DNA of 61,684 nucleotides, counting the filler, from Choristocarpus tenellus KU-1152 (taxonomy: Eukaryota; Protista; Phaeophyceae), in the NCBI GenBank assembly GCA_964200185.2. It is 12 parts of 12 records of this genome, joined end to end, with 100 filler letters (N's around TTAATTAATTAA, not from the genome) between each part and the next. Parts side by side here need not be neighbours in the genome. Positions count along the whole stretch, not along the records: positions 12,769 to 18,325 come from CAXNAD020010434.1; positions 18,426 to 25,664 come from CAXNAD020006482.1; positions 25,765 to 29,802 come from CAXNAD020016543.1; 9 more parts are not named here. One strand, 5' to 3'. Shown here piece after piece: positions 12,921-26,925 of this stretch (position 1 is its first letter; every line of letters starts with the position of its first letter). The notes below the pieces were generated by a model that did no database searches, was not told the DNA's origin, and saw only the letters and a program-made list of their open reading frames with translations. The position numbers and the translations under genes are program-made.

Positions 12921-15900
12921 TTAACTCCTCTTCGTCCAACCCATACTCCAGGTACCGACTCTTACTCCCACCTGGTGAACCTCATAGTCTTTGAGACCTT
13001 CCAGGTCTTCATACTAAGGGTATGGGAGTAGAGTTGGACTACCCCATTGTCTGTATTTGAGTAGGTGGGAGGAGGATAGGTAGAGTTGATATTCGAGATT
13101 GAGCTCCGAACTTGTTGGACTAATATTCCCTCAGAGATCGTTTGGACCGATGCGAAGTCATAGGAAATATTTGGACAAACTTTGGATAGCAATTTTGTTC
13201 AGTACGAGACGCACAGAGAACACTGGGAATGGCAATACAGTCCATCTGAATTTGATATTTAATTGAGTCGTAGGATACGTCTGGACAGAGATTGGATCGT
13301 CATTCTGTTCATTACGAGAGGGCACAGAGGACACCGGGGAATGAAAAAACAGCCCGTATCATTATATATTGTTCGTTACTATTATGCGAGATGAGTACAA
13401 GGATCTATGCGGAACTTGGACCCTCGCCGACCTTGCTTTCCTCACTCTCATAGTGCACTCGCTAGAGTCGAGGTAAGTGATGTTGTGGGCAGGGCATAGG
13501 TGGCAGGCAAGGGTCTTTGGAGTAGTAAGTAGAACCTCCAAGAGACAGTACTGAGTGGCTGCAAGAGTTGCTTTCTCTGTGTCTATCCTGTGTCACATAC
13601 ATGCAGACCAGTCAGTCCAGCAGGAGTGGCAATACTTGCTTTAAATGCTACCAGTTCAGTTCACGACATTTTAGAAAAAAATGTATATGGTGACAACCGT
13701 ACTTTCCAACGTGTTTTGATGTGCGTTAAGATACCGAGACACTCATTTATTGGGAGTAAGCAATAGATCTTTCTGGTTGATCGACACCCTTACCTGCTGG
13801 TTGTACGTACTCCATCTTACATTCTTACTTCCTACCCTTCTAATTGATATTTTTTCCTCTTCTACATCCACAAGCACTCACACAATGTGGTTATTGCAAG
13901 GAGCAGCATAATAATATACCATTTATGCATTTATACGCACTCACTTAGTTAAACTTCCCCCTTTATCACCAAGATAATCAACAATGTTAAGGTATATCGA
14001 CTCACAGAGAAGGTGACTGCTGTCATTTCTCAGCTTACAGCAATAATGACTACTATTACTATTCTCTAAGCCACACTGAGTCAAACCAACTGGTAGTTAG
14101 GCAGTGTTACATTTAAGGATACTCAGAAAGGGCAAGAAAATGTCATTTTTGTACAATCGCAGAAAGAGCCTTCTTTGCTTAATTGTGTTCTCACCTTGTG
14201 TGTGGACAAGGGGAAAATCAATTTCGCGTACAATATTGCGCACATGAAGCAATTAAATAGTGTATTTTACAGGGTAAGAAAGATGGCTTGGAATGCCAAA
14301 AGGGTCCAAAACTGCCTACGTCTCAATTTGTCTGGCTCACTGTAGTCGTCGTGTCAGCATAGCACGAAATTACTGTTGATAGCAGTACATACATTTTTTC
14401 AAGCCCATGTATGTATGTTTTCATTCGAGTAATATTCACACAATGTACCAATAAATATGAGACGCCATTTGAGGATGTTACACTATTATATTGACACAAA
14501 ACCCAATCCTGTAGCCGTCCTACATTATTATATGGAATAGACCCAAGATGCCTAATAATAAGTGAAACAAATATTACTACTAAGGTATAATGTCATGAAA
14601 TATACTTCCAAGTTTTCACTTCAAACGTACCTTGAAGTGCTTGCCGAAACATAAAGTAGGAGGTGTACCTAACTATATTCAAGAGCAACACCTCAGACAA
14701 AGTGTAGCACTCACACAGTAGTGCAGGTCAAACAAAATAATTCCATTTCTTACCGTCACAGGCAACAAGGCACTGTTCGAACGACGATATTGTGAGAGGG
14801 CAGTGGTGTAGCATAGCTGGTAGAAAAATAGTAAATAGATGAATGTCTTACGTGTACGTATTTGTCTGTTCCCTTTTGTGTCTGGTGCATGTATTGTGCA
14901 TTTGTGTTTTCTGTTGCTCTCTATGCTGTTGCAGTAAATTTTGTGTTGACAAAATACACTGCCTACAGGACTCGCATCGAAGATGGTCGGGAACCTAAGC
15001 GAGGGTCGTACAGCTCTTCTTGGGGAGGTGTTGAAATGTTATGTGACGATGGAGGGGCGTTGTAACCATGCTGGATGCAGCGGAACCACTGAAAATGGGA
15101 TCGAAAGAGATCATTGTTTCGGCTCCAATTCTCGGAATGTTTTCAAAACTATTTCGGAACAAAATGTGAAACAAAAATCTCCTAACAATTGTATCTAGAA
15201 CTTCAATTTGAGCCATTCATCATCAGGAAAGTCTTCCTATTCGTGAAAAAAGGTCAAAACAAGAAGTGAACATTCATAATGTTGCAGACTTAGGGACAGA
15301 GAAAGGGAGTAATTATATACACAAAATATAGTGGTAGTAGAAGAACAGGTTCACTCGGTATGGTGTTGCCTTTGGGTAGCACATGTTACAAAAAAACGAA
15401 TAAATAATCTTGAACATTGTTGTTCTGGACAATATCTGTGAGTTGCTAAAATAGTGGAAGTATAGCTGACCTGAGTGAGCATTTAAAGGCAATAATGCCA
15501 ATAGTGAGAATATTGACAGTTTTTATGTCAGGGTGTACAGAAAGATCCAGTCTTCATAATCTTGAGGGAAACCTTTTTTTTTCAGGTATGTACTGAATTA
15601 AATAATGATCGAGATTTAGTTCATGAAGGTGAACTCTTGACATACTACTATCGTGTTTGTACACTACAATGAATATATTCCGCTATATGTATGAAAAAGG
15701 AAAGAAGACGTCTTGGTTGCGTCAACGATCACCCACCTATTTTTCTAAATAGAACATTATGATCTCTAGATGACATGCCAACCGTCCTGAAAGAGTGGAT
15801 ACTTCTTTAAGTAAAAAAGCTGACAGTTAAAACAGTATTTCTTATTATGTGGTACTTTGAAGCATGTAGTAATGTTGAAATAAATGCCACTCATTACTAA

Positions 15901-17410
15901 ACGATTTTCAAGATGACACCACGTATGGAAGAGAATAAGCAGAACAGGCACTGTAATAGTAACATTTTACTCCAGATGGTACAAGGTTGATGAAAGATTA
16001 AGTGCAAACCATCGTCCAGGGCGATGTCATGTGCAGTTACCGTACACATCAAGTAGTACATAGCAGGTACACGGAAGTACAGACTATTTAGTGCCGTGCA
16101 AGAGTTGCTTCACAGAAAACGTGTTATGCACATGTTTTCACACTGTGATGTACTGTTGCTAATACATCCCTCGATGTATAGCCTTGAGATTGGTATTATC
16201 ACTTTGAACATGTCATATGCAGAGAACATAAACATAGGGTATATTCAAGCAAAAGTCAAATTTGCTATTAGCCAAAATGATCTACATAATCATAGGTCAA
16301 AATACGTGTCCACCTTTGAGTTAAGCACCGCCTACAACATCGTATCTCTACGCACTATAGAAAGGATAGGACTTTCCACCCTCCCACCCTTGAAATTGAC
16401 AAAACTAATGTACCATCCAACAATCAACACAAAGCATCATGACTACTGTTAGATGGGAAACTTTTAACACCTGCCAAAGTTTTTACTGCTCCAAGAAACA
16501 AGTTAAGATGAAGATGGGGTTGGAAATCTGTATCCTTAGGGGCTCAACTCACCATTCCTAACCCTACTACACTGCTACCAAAAACATGGTCAAGGTGTTC
16601 AGTGGTCGCAATATCCTGTTTTCTGAAAGCTCAATAGAACATGCACCGCATTTAGCTCCTATTAATAGGGTGCAACAGATAGCCGGCAAAGATGAACTTA
16701 GTTATCACAAATGGATGGAGATCAAAAGGTATGTACCACTTTAGAAGAGGACATGCAAAAACCATGCAAATAGAAACAACACACAACCTGTCAACTAAAT
16801 GTTCACGGTCATTGAGAGCATAATTTACACTCGAGAGTGAGATTACTCTCTCCTTACAGCGATGTCTCAGGGTGTCAAGCATTTATCTCTTGTCTATGTC
16901 CGCCGAGTCCTCCGAGACTAGAATTTTCTCCCATGCCCAGCTAGCTACCACATCAATTCCTTGTAGATGAGGGACAGAACAAATGGAGAGAGCAACACCA
17001 CCAGCAACTACAAGAAGTAGATGAAGGATGTAAATCTACACGAGGATCAAAAGTAGCAAGGGAGTGATGCTAAATTGGGGGAAACAATGGCCACCAAGTA
17101 TGACAATAAGTTCAATGATGATGGCAGAAGGTATGTCATTTAATTACATGCAGCTAGTTGCTATGCCACAGCAATCACACCCTCCATTACTACCTCCTGT
17201 TGATCAGAACTATGTACCATACAAAACTCCTCACAACAAGAGATGAGGAGATATCCCCTACTATTTCGGGCCACCCCTGACATTCAGGCTTCAGCCACCC
17301 CGCACAACACTTCTGCCTTTGGTAGCAACAAAAGGTTGAAATTCCTTGCAAAGATTTCCCTTGCCTCCAGTCTCAAAATGTTCCATGTTTACAGTTGCTC
17401 CAGGGCCTGC

Positions 17411-18075
17411 TTACTTGATTGCATTGCGCAATGCACGCCTGTCTGCACGAGTTTGGGCATGGAAACCTGACCGGATAGGTGCCACAGACCGGCTTGAACC
17501 ACAGTCCTGCACATTGCAGAAGTTGGTTTGGGACAACAGAGGGTTACTGTCGGGCTAGACATTGACTTCCCTTACCTGTGAATAATACTATTTCACAATT
17601 ACTACAGGAGAATGAAGTAGACAGCAGCTCAACCAACAGTTCTTGATGACAAACACCAATTGATACAGGTTACAACATTCAATAATGGAAAAAAAAGATA
17701 ACACAAAAACACATTGACAACACATGTGTCCTTACAATACAGAAAGCCTCAAACCTCTCTTGTACTACATACACTAACAATATACTTGATCAAAACAGCA
17801 TCAAAGTAAAATAACCAACTCAATGTCTCCAATACCACTGTACAAACATCACTTTCTCGCACCAAAGAATTTCTAAGAGTAAGCTAAGCAGCACCCATGG
17901 AACAGTTTAGAACAATTAAACAAAAAATCCAAACAGACCTGGCAGTGCACAAAGAATAGGCGAGACACTTGATCCCTTGTGAGTGTTGTATTGGGACTGC
18001 GGCACATCTGACAGGTGACATACTCCACAATGTACTTCCTTAGCAGGGACTCAATGTATTTTGGTACATACTTCC
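17411..18075 (-). CDS. EIF2S2: Eukaryotic translation initiation factor 2 subunit beta, last two exons (18075-17939, 17506-17411)
   Basis: GKYVPKYIESLLRKYIVEYVTCQMCRSPNTTLTRDQVSRLFFVHCQ|DCGSSRSVAPIRSGFHAQTRADRRALRNAIK* is the eIF2-beta/eIF5 C2-C2 zinc ribbon and eIF2-beta C-terminus. The GT-AG intron is in phase 0. Confidence 0.92.
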
Positions 18076-18598
18076 CTATGTATACATGGCAATCAATGGC
18101 AGATGACAGAGGGGGGGGGATATAGATAAGGGGCTGTCTCGGAATGAGATTATGAAACAATGTAGAAGTACGATGTTCTCTTTCAGTCTTTACTCAAGAA
18201 TTAAGACATGATAGCCCCTCCTCACAATTAAATTTCGACAAGCTCAGTTAAGGCTGAGCATTTTGATAGAGCTAATATCGTTGCAGTCACTGGGGAAGGT
18301 GAAGGTTAAGGCCATCCTTTGGAAGNNNNNNNNNNNNNNNNNNNNNNNNNNNNNNNNNNNNNNNNNNNNTTAATTAATTAANNNNNNNNNNNNNNNNNNN
18401 NNNNNNNNNNNNNNNNNNNNNNNNNCCAAATGGACAGCCGCCACCACCCTCCCAGATACTTTGGGCCTAAAGCAGTGATACATGAGTGTCTCATGGACAA
18501 AAAAGTTGGACCCCCTTACATATATTTCATGATCAACAACCCCTTCTCTTGCACTCGAAATATCCCTCACCCCTCACCCCAACGTTTGAATGCAAAAG

Positions 18599-18744
18599 GT
18601 TAATATCCAAGTGAAGCATTGTTTGGAAAAGGGTTGCCAGAAGACGGCCCTGTACAATAGAGAAGGTGGCAAGCCAGAGTACTGCTCCATGCATCAAATG
18701 GTGGGCATGACACTGCCTAACATCAAGACGCTGGGATGCGAACA
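18599..18744 (+). CDS. Exon encoding an EsV-1-7-type cysteine-rich repeat
   Basis: VNIQVKHCLEKGCQKTALYNREGGKPEYCSMHQMVGM follows the C-x3-GC-x5-N-x7-C-x2-H-x3-GM pattern. The exon starts after an AAG acceptor; its 3' boundary is uncertain. Confidence 0.65.
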
Positions 18745-19306
18745 AGTGTAATACTATGTAGCTGTCATCTCTAGAGTTGGCTTGGTTTTCAGAAAGCACT
18801 CATTTTGCCTTCTTGCAAAGGCCCTCATTGTCAAAGATCAGAATATCACAAACTACTACAGCATATATATTAACGTCGAATGTGTGTGATGTGTCAATGC
18901 CGTCAACAAGTACATACTGGGCATATATCTTGTAGGCCTTTGGTTTTAGAGGGTGGGATCATACCCTGAATTGTTTGACACTACACTAGGGATAATATTG
19001 GTCAGCTTGGTGTAGTTCATCCCATTTTCTTGTTCAAAATAGATCTAGTGATGTAGACCTACTCAGACACACAGTTAGGAGAGAGTACATACAAAATAGT
19101 TATCGTGATATGGTAGATCAGAGTAGGAGTAAGTCATTGTATGTGTTGTCGAGTGACAAATTGTGACATATTTCTCCCCCTCCTTGGCATACGAATGAAC
19201 TACCTCGATGGGACACGTATATGGTATTAGCATATACTGAATTACGTAGGTATGTCCCATTTGAACAAGATATTTCTCTGAGTACTTTGTGAACAACAAA
19301 AACAAA

Positions 19307-19562
19307 GAACCGAAACGTTTTAGAGGGTAGGGCCACGTCTGTTGGGGATCATAAATCCAATGTTGCGATTTTGATAAATTTTGGCTATCGTGTTTGATAG
19401 GAAGTGTCAATACCCTTGCTCCCAACACAACTTTCATAGTCGTATACATTTTAGCAAACTGTTCACGCAGAAAACCAAAAAAGGGCATAAAAGACACATG
19501 GGAAGTCCAACCCCGCACTGACAAACAGGGCAAACTCCTACCCTCTTGAATACTTTGGGTTT
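19307..19562 (+). mobile_element. MITE family B, diverged copy
   Basis: Contains ATCCAATGTTGCGATTTTG...GGAAGTGTCAATA...GACAAACAGGGCAAA, shared with 590-842. Confidence 0.7.
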
Positions 19563-20020
19563 GAATCTCTTAACCCTGGAAATTTCCCATTGCTCACCCC
19601 TCTCTACTCCACTGGCCTGGGCTATACGAACAAAATAATGTTAGGTGGGCTCCAACACACAGTCCACTCAGGTTGTGTCGTTGGTTAGAGACCATCCGTC
19701 CCAGGGACACCAGGCGGCCAATGGTACAACAGTGGCATCTGACAAACTTATCTATCGAGAAGGAGAAACGGCTCGGTGGGTTTGCACAGAGGAGCTGCCG
19801 TAGCATGTACTGTGCAGTGGTGGGAAGGGTGGCAGTGTGCATCCACTGGATACTTTTTATGTTCTTGTAATGTGAAACGTAAAGGTGACACATCATTATC
19901 AAGTTTCGTCCACTTTTTGTAGTTTCTACTGGGGATGTGGAAGGGCAATGAGTATGATTATTATGTGTTACACACTTACGCTGGTCTTTGTTCCACTAAC
20001 TTTGAATACCCTTTGCTGTA

Positions 20021-22067
20021 GCAAATCTTCTCCCCTGGCATGCAAAGGGCGTGATGTGCAAAATCGGGATAATGGTGATGGAAGCCCTGAAGATGGTGTG
20101 GACAGTGTGGACTATGGAAAAACGCCAACCGTACCTAGATACTGCGAGGACATCACCAATGCAATGACAGAAAGGAATCCAGCAGCAACGACCACAACAC
20201 CAGTGGAGGTGGCAAAGACGGCAGCTGGTACGTCCTTCTATCCTTCCTGTGGACGCCTTGGATGTGAAAGGTTAGTTTTCCTCCTTCCTCTTCTCCCTCC
20301 TTTCTCCACCCCTCTGCCCCTTAACCTCTATCCCCCTCACTGGTGTAGTAGCAACATCCGGCGGGTGTCCTGGCCCTGTGTGTGGATTCTGACGTTCATC
20401 TCAAATACACAGAAAGGAAGGGTATCATTGTTGTTCGTGTTGGTGGGCAAGTACCTCTCTCTTCCTCCACAATTTGACTATCTGTTCACCACAATTAACC
20501 CTCCTTCACTCTTTTGCACGCTGACCCCAACCAAGTTTAAAGGGATTCTGACTTAAGGTCTAACCACCTGACCCATCTAGAAATCAAGAGCAGGCAACAC
20601 AGCAAATATTACTGATAAAGCTCTACAGTAGTTTGGGCACGGGAAAGAACCCCTGAACATTATCAAGGGTTGTTTGACCTGTCAAATAGTATTGGACAGA
20701 ATGGGTCTGGAAACTGTATTTGATGGCAAAAATGGTCCAGATGCACCAAATGCTCGAACATGTAGATGGAAGTACAAGGTACGGATTCACTATCAACCTG
20801 GAAAATCGGATTTGCCATCAGAGCATTGTCGACTCTCAGGTGGTATTAATCCCAGAATTTAGAGATATATAGAGACTGTGCAAATTACCTTGGGAGGTAA
20901 TGCTATTTGTTCGTAGTGAAGATAAGAAGGTGTGAAGTCTCACACGACCTCCTTTGCTGAAGGTGATTACATGGTTGAAGATTAGAAGAGAAGAGTGACC
21001 TTTGTGTAGTGTCTTCTCATTGCTTTATTATTTATTTGTGCTTCCTATCTAAGTCAACGGTTATGTCAAAGTAGTTAGTTGAATGCGGAATAAATACCAA
21101 TACATAATCCCATACATAATCCGGATGTACTATCTCATTAGTTACATCACATGNNNNNNNNNNATGGACTCAATTCAACACACTAATCTCATATACACAA
21201 ATAAGGTACACCTCACTATTGTCCTATTTTGCACAGAGACTCCATAGTGACAAAACTGTATCATAATAAGTGTTACAATCCTCCACACCATAGTATAATT
21301 TTCTCATCATACAACACTCTAATATTCCTGCCTTCATCCCCCTGAATAGACTGCTCAACCCAGGTTCAAGTAAAGCAGGGGTGCTCAATCTGTGTGATTG
21401 GCATGCAAAGGTGGACATGTCTCCTTTGCCGTCCCTGCAGATCCACCCCATTGCACCCTACTTCTCAGGAGCAGGACTCACCGGAATAGGGAGTGGTCAG
21501 GGCAAGAGCATCACAAGACAATGTCTCACTTTGGGCCAATCTGACCACAAACAAGTCTCACATGAGCAAACACACCAAGGTGGAACGGAAGAAAGAGTTG
21601 CAGAGAGACTGACTTGTAGGGAGGAGACAACTGCTGGATGGGATAATGCTGCTGGGTATGGTGAACGTGTTAGGGTCATTAAGCGTAAATGTTACGGTAG
21701 TGAAAACTGTAGGCTCATCACCAACTCCTTTGAGGTCAGCGGGCCACCTAACAATTTCAGAAGTATGTGGATGAGCTGTGGCAATGGCAGCAACGGTTCC
21801 AGTGATCGTGACAATGGCACAGGTACCACCAATTGCGGTGATTCCAGTAGTACCGTCAATGGAAGGTGTTGGGGTACAGACAAAATGACCTCACATGTTG
21901 TACTTCCATGCATGAACCAAATTACAGCGGATGGCCAAGACAGTCACCCAAGAGTTTTGGAAGCGAAGACTGGAATAGAGACTGAAGTAAATGCAAGAGA
22001 ATCACAAGGAAGAGACCAAGATGGGGGCAGGGTGCTAGGATGGAAAGCAACTTCAGCTAGGGGGTGA
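20021..22067 (+). CDS. Probable low-complexity exons of a hypothetical gene (~20021-20270 and ~21441-22064), possibly continuing the EsV-1-7 gene
   Basis: Long G/S/T/N-rich open frames bounded by AG and GT sites. I could not join them into a consistent model. Confidence 0.35.
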
Positions 22068-23859
22068 GTGGGTGGGTGCCAAACACATATTTTGCCCCCT
22101 GTTGTCACTAGTCATGAGACCACTGTCTTTAGTGCACAAATATTACAATATCATTAATTCTGTCCCCATGAGATAGTCAGCACCTCTGCCTCGAATTACT
22201 ACAGAGTACATGCTTACACAGAAAATGGTGCTCAACCCAGCAGTTGTACCTAAATGGGTGGAACTTGCTGAGGGGTATGAGGCCCTCTTATAAAACCTTC
22301 CCAGTGTCCCCCCGAGAAGCTTTGCACTCAATGCTGATGTTGTGAGTTACCCCTGTCGCCCTGTGTACAAAGGCTGGTTCCAGTTTTGTTGACTTACCAA
22401 TCAATTGTTGTATGGTGTATGGTGTGGTGCGTATTATTACTCAAATCATGCTGTTCTGTCTATATATAATTCCTTATTTTCTACCGCATTTCAGAATGGT
22501 GGGAAGCGTGGCAAACTTTGCTTCACGATTAGGATATTAGATTTCTAGCGCCAGGCAGCCTAACAAACTCAAACAACAATATGCCATAAAACACACGACA
22601 AATACAAACATCTGCCCAAACCTCTATCCTACCCCTTTTGACGTTATTCTCTACCACTTTCTTCAACACTAGATGTCCAGGGCTAGGGATACGAGGTGCT
22701 GAGTGTACAGGGTCTCGTCTTCCTTCACTAGTGGAACAATTACGCATGGAGTCGCTTCTGGGTCAGGGGAGGCACGTGCGAACCATAGCGGTAAGAAGTG
22801 ATAATGTAGGGGAGGTGGGTAGAGAACCTGGTTATGCGTGTACATGAGGAGGAGTAGGTCCTGATACGGGTATTTGTAAGAATGAAATGATCCCTTGCAC
22901 AGAGATTTGAAAGGCCTTCAGAATAAGGTCAGTGCGTAGCTGTGTTGAAACCAACGATATTCTGGTGGTCTGGTTGTACAAGTCTAAGTTGGTCAATTAT
23001 ATATTATTTCGACTAGTAGTAAATCCTTTAAAGTCATTTTGACACGAGAAAGCACTTCTGTAGATGCTATGCATATAATTAGATATAGGAAAAATCTGTG
23101 CATCATACCCAAGCCATCTGCCAAAGTGGTAATATCAACGACCCTCACCACCCCAATGTACCAACACTGTCTGTCACCCTACCTGCTCTCCTTCTGTTGA
23201 CTGTGTGGTATTCGACCTGTACAATGTTTGCTTCATTGTTACTCTGCCTTTTGTCGCCTACATAATGGGGATGCAATGCAAAATGCAACCGACCTGAAGA
23301 TTGAGCCTCCTCTCCCTTCCTTCAAAAAGGTCACCCAAGTGTGTCACACCAATAGGCAGTGTGATTGGGCAATGTAAATGAATACCTCTGCCCGTGCCGC
23401 TGATGAGGTCGATCTTCATTCTTCCTCTCTACCATGCCAGGGGGAATGCCATGACCCAATCCACCTCTTCAGATTCTGCTGTCATATTTGTTTTTGTGCA
23501 TCTTGTTTTTGTGTGGTTTGGTTAGTTTGTGGAGAGAGGACACCAGTTTAAAACATGTTAGGAGTGGGTGGGAAACACAACACAAAGCGTATTATTATTC
23601 ATTGGGCTTGCTGTAAGTATTTTTAACAAGTCAAAACATGAGATCGAGCAATACTCGGACATGCAAAGCAGATAGTAGGGAGTAGAGCACACGCCTTGAC
23701 CTCACTCACTGGAAGAACGGTGGTGATGCCACATTAGACTCTTCGAAATTTAATCTTTTAGTCAAGACTCTGGGAGTTTATAGTTCATGTGTGGTGGGGG
23801 TAATATATTGGATATTTTGCAGATATTTTGTTAGAGGGAAAACAAAGATAAAACGCTAG

Positions 23860-24246
23860 GAACACAACATAATTTAAGTCAATTTCTGCAACGGCTAGGT
23901 CTTCCTATCTATAATGTAGTTCGTGTAGATAGTTCCCGAAAGCAGTAACACAATATTCTGGGTTCACAAATAGTATCGTGGGTTTTGGTTTCTGTGGGAG
24001 GGTTTTCGAAGTGTGATCCATGGTGCAAATGGACGCATTCACAATGAATCGTAGCGTACTGAAGGGTGACAATTGTGCGATATAAATGAGCGATTTGTTC
24101 GATTTATTTGTCAGATTCATGTAGGGACCTGTCAAGTCAAATCTTGGAATCATTTCCAAGATTTTTTTTGTCATAAAATTGGGGAAAAAAATTGTGTACA
24201 AGAGGGAGTCAAACGGTTTTGATAAGGAAACTAGAGGAAGTTTCAT
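23860..24246 (-). pseudogene. Decayed intronless RecQ-like SF2 helicase fragment (N-terminal lobe)
   Basis: NLTNKSNKSLIYIAQL...TLRFIVNASICTMDH...PTILFVNPEY...DLAVAEID resembles the RecQ motif I (GKSLCY), Ia (VISPLISLMxDQ), LYVTPE and motif II order. By-eye match only. Confidence 0.4.
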
Positions 24247-26925
24247 TCGTGATAGCTTGACATCGAGGTGTAGGTATCTTAGGAGTGTTTCTGAGCAGAA
24301 TATATTAATTCTGTATGCTCGCCAACAAAATAATTCTTGGAGCCCTCCGAGAAAAAAAAAAGTGTTCTTGCAGACTCACAAGACAGCTAGATACGATTTC
24401 CTGGGAGGTTCATCAAACCTTCGATACTGTTCGTATGATCTGGTACACAAGCAATGGCCGTGCACCTCTGAGCATCCTTCCTCCAGTTCCTTAACTTTTG
24501 AAATCTTTGACCAAAAACAATATATACTGCAGTCAGTCATTGTACAGAGGAGTGACCCCTTGGTACTGACCCAAGCCTATTAATAATGACTGTAAACACA
24601 ATATCCTCGTGGAGATGACTAATCTCCCGGCATTGGTAAGTTCAACGAATTTGAGGGCGATTTGAGTAGATATGATGTGGACCTCTGCCTTGATCAACCG
24701 TCTGTACAGTATATACAACAGTCAGTATGTGTATTTATCAAGTGGTACAAGATATGCAAGATGGATGACAATTCTTTCAAATATTAAGGAAAAAGATTGG
24801 GCAAAGCCTACCACGCATGCAGCTATGTGATCAACAATACTTCTATCTTTTTTTACCCGATCTGCCTCGTAAGTGGCGAACCTATCCCGACCAAGAACAC
24901 CCTTAAGGACGTACTGTGAAGAGTTAAAGTAAACGAGAGGTACCCAGTGTTGTATTTTATGGATGCTAACAAACATGAACAAAATTCGACTACTTACACA
25001 AATACGAACAGGATATTTTCTGAATAGTGTCCAAATACCTCACACAATAGATAAATCAACCCTCTCAAGTCCAACTTAGTTCTTTATTCATAGAAATTTG
25101 GGTGCATTACGAAAGATAAAAATGCTGAACGGCCAAAATCTTGGTACCTCTCATATGCTATGGCTCTAATTAATCTTCTTTACCTTTCATCCCATTCATG
25201 ATGTCACACATACCTACCTGTTCAACTGCCTTACAACACACAACACAGTTTGAACAACCTCTTTCACTTACACCATCAGTAAAAGTACAATAAACACAAT
25301 GTGAAGTGGTTTGTGCAATACCTCACTTTGTATAATATAGAGTATGTCATCTGGGTTTTGCTCTTTTATACTCTCAGCAAAATTAATAGGAACAATGGCT
25401 CGTGATTCATGTCCACAAGGTCAGATATGTGCCGAGCAAATTTGTGGATATTATCTCACATCACAGTAGGAGGAGTGCATGCTACGGGACTGCATAGCAG
25501 TACAAATAAATCAGTGAAGAAGGAAACGACAAGAGACACACTTCCGTTAGATTATCAAGGTGCCGTATGGCGCAGCTGCAGCAAAGAACAGGGGATTCTC
25601 AAAATGGAGGATGGAGCGGGACTATGAGGATGGTTGTTCTGCGAAAACGGTCTTAAAAAAGTACNNNNNNNNNNNNNNNNNNNNNNNNNNNNNNNNNNNN
25701 NNNNNNNNTTAATTAATTAANNNNNNNNNNNNNNNNNNNNNNNNNNNNNNNNNNNNNNNNNNNNTTTTCCTGATTTTGGTCCAAATGGACACCCTGGTGT
25801 AGCCCCCCCCCCCCTCCCAGATACTTTGGGTCATAATGTAAATGCACTTTTCCTTATTTTGACCTAAATGGACACCCAGGTGTAGATACTTTGGGGGACT
25901 TGAATCAGGACATGGCATGTTGAGTGTAGCCACTACCATCCATCTCTTCCTGTTAATTCGAATCATTTTGTACAAACTCCTAGGATCTAATATATAAATT
26001 AATGTATTTTCGCTACCTGTGATGCTGCAACATGTTGAAACACGCCAATATCTTTGTATCTACATTCTTCCCAGAGCTTGTTGTACTCTACACCACCAAG
26101 TTATGCGTGCATGCCTATCTTGGTGATGGATGCTCTGCTGAGGGGTGAGTTCGACATAAGATAGTTGTGGTGCAAAAAATCCAAACATAAATGTGCATAA
26201 TAAAGTTGTTGGTATGTATCGTAAGAAAAAATACACAGACCACACCTAGAAGTTCGTCCGCAGTGACCCCAACAATGCACCCATGAAACACACCCAGTTC
26301 ACAACTCACCTTGAGGTTACACCTTCACTGAAAAGTAAGAAAATCTCAATATGCTGCTGGCTGTCAGCGTATAAGTAAGCATACCTTTTGTTGTGTTTGG
26401 AAGTACCAGATTGTGTCCAATCTGCAAATCGAAATGCAATGGAAAATCTCCTGTGCATCCTTAAGAAGTTGAGGACATTTCTTTTCATCTTTGTGCTTGA
26501 CAAGCAGTTGTTACTAAGATGACAGATAAGACCTTACAAGAGTTGCTAAATGCCATCGTTATTTTACAGTCCCCTAGACCCAAAAGTACCAGTCTTACGT
26601 GCAAACTGTATTCATTCAAGCAAAGTCGCAGCTATTATTGACCACACAAGAGCCGTGTCAAAACTGAACCTCAAACCAACGAGAAAACTGTGTCTCCACA
26701 CACAAAAGAACGTAAGACAACCTGATAAACCTCCAAGCAAGGTAATAGCTCTCAACGCTCCCACCCTAAGTTGACGTTTTGAGTGTACCCATGCAGTATT
26801 GAACACCTTACAGCACCACACTAATATAAATGTACCGCCACTAGCAAATACTCTGGAGGACATAATCACAACACAAAAATTATTACTCTTAATAGGAGGG
26901 TGCATCACTTGTGTAAGTCCACCCC

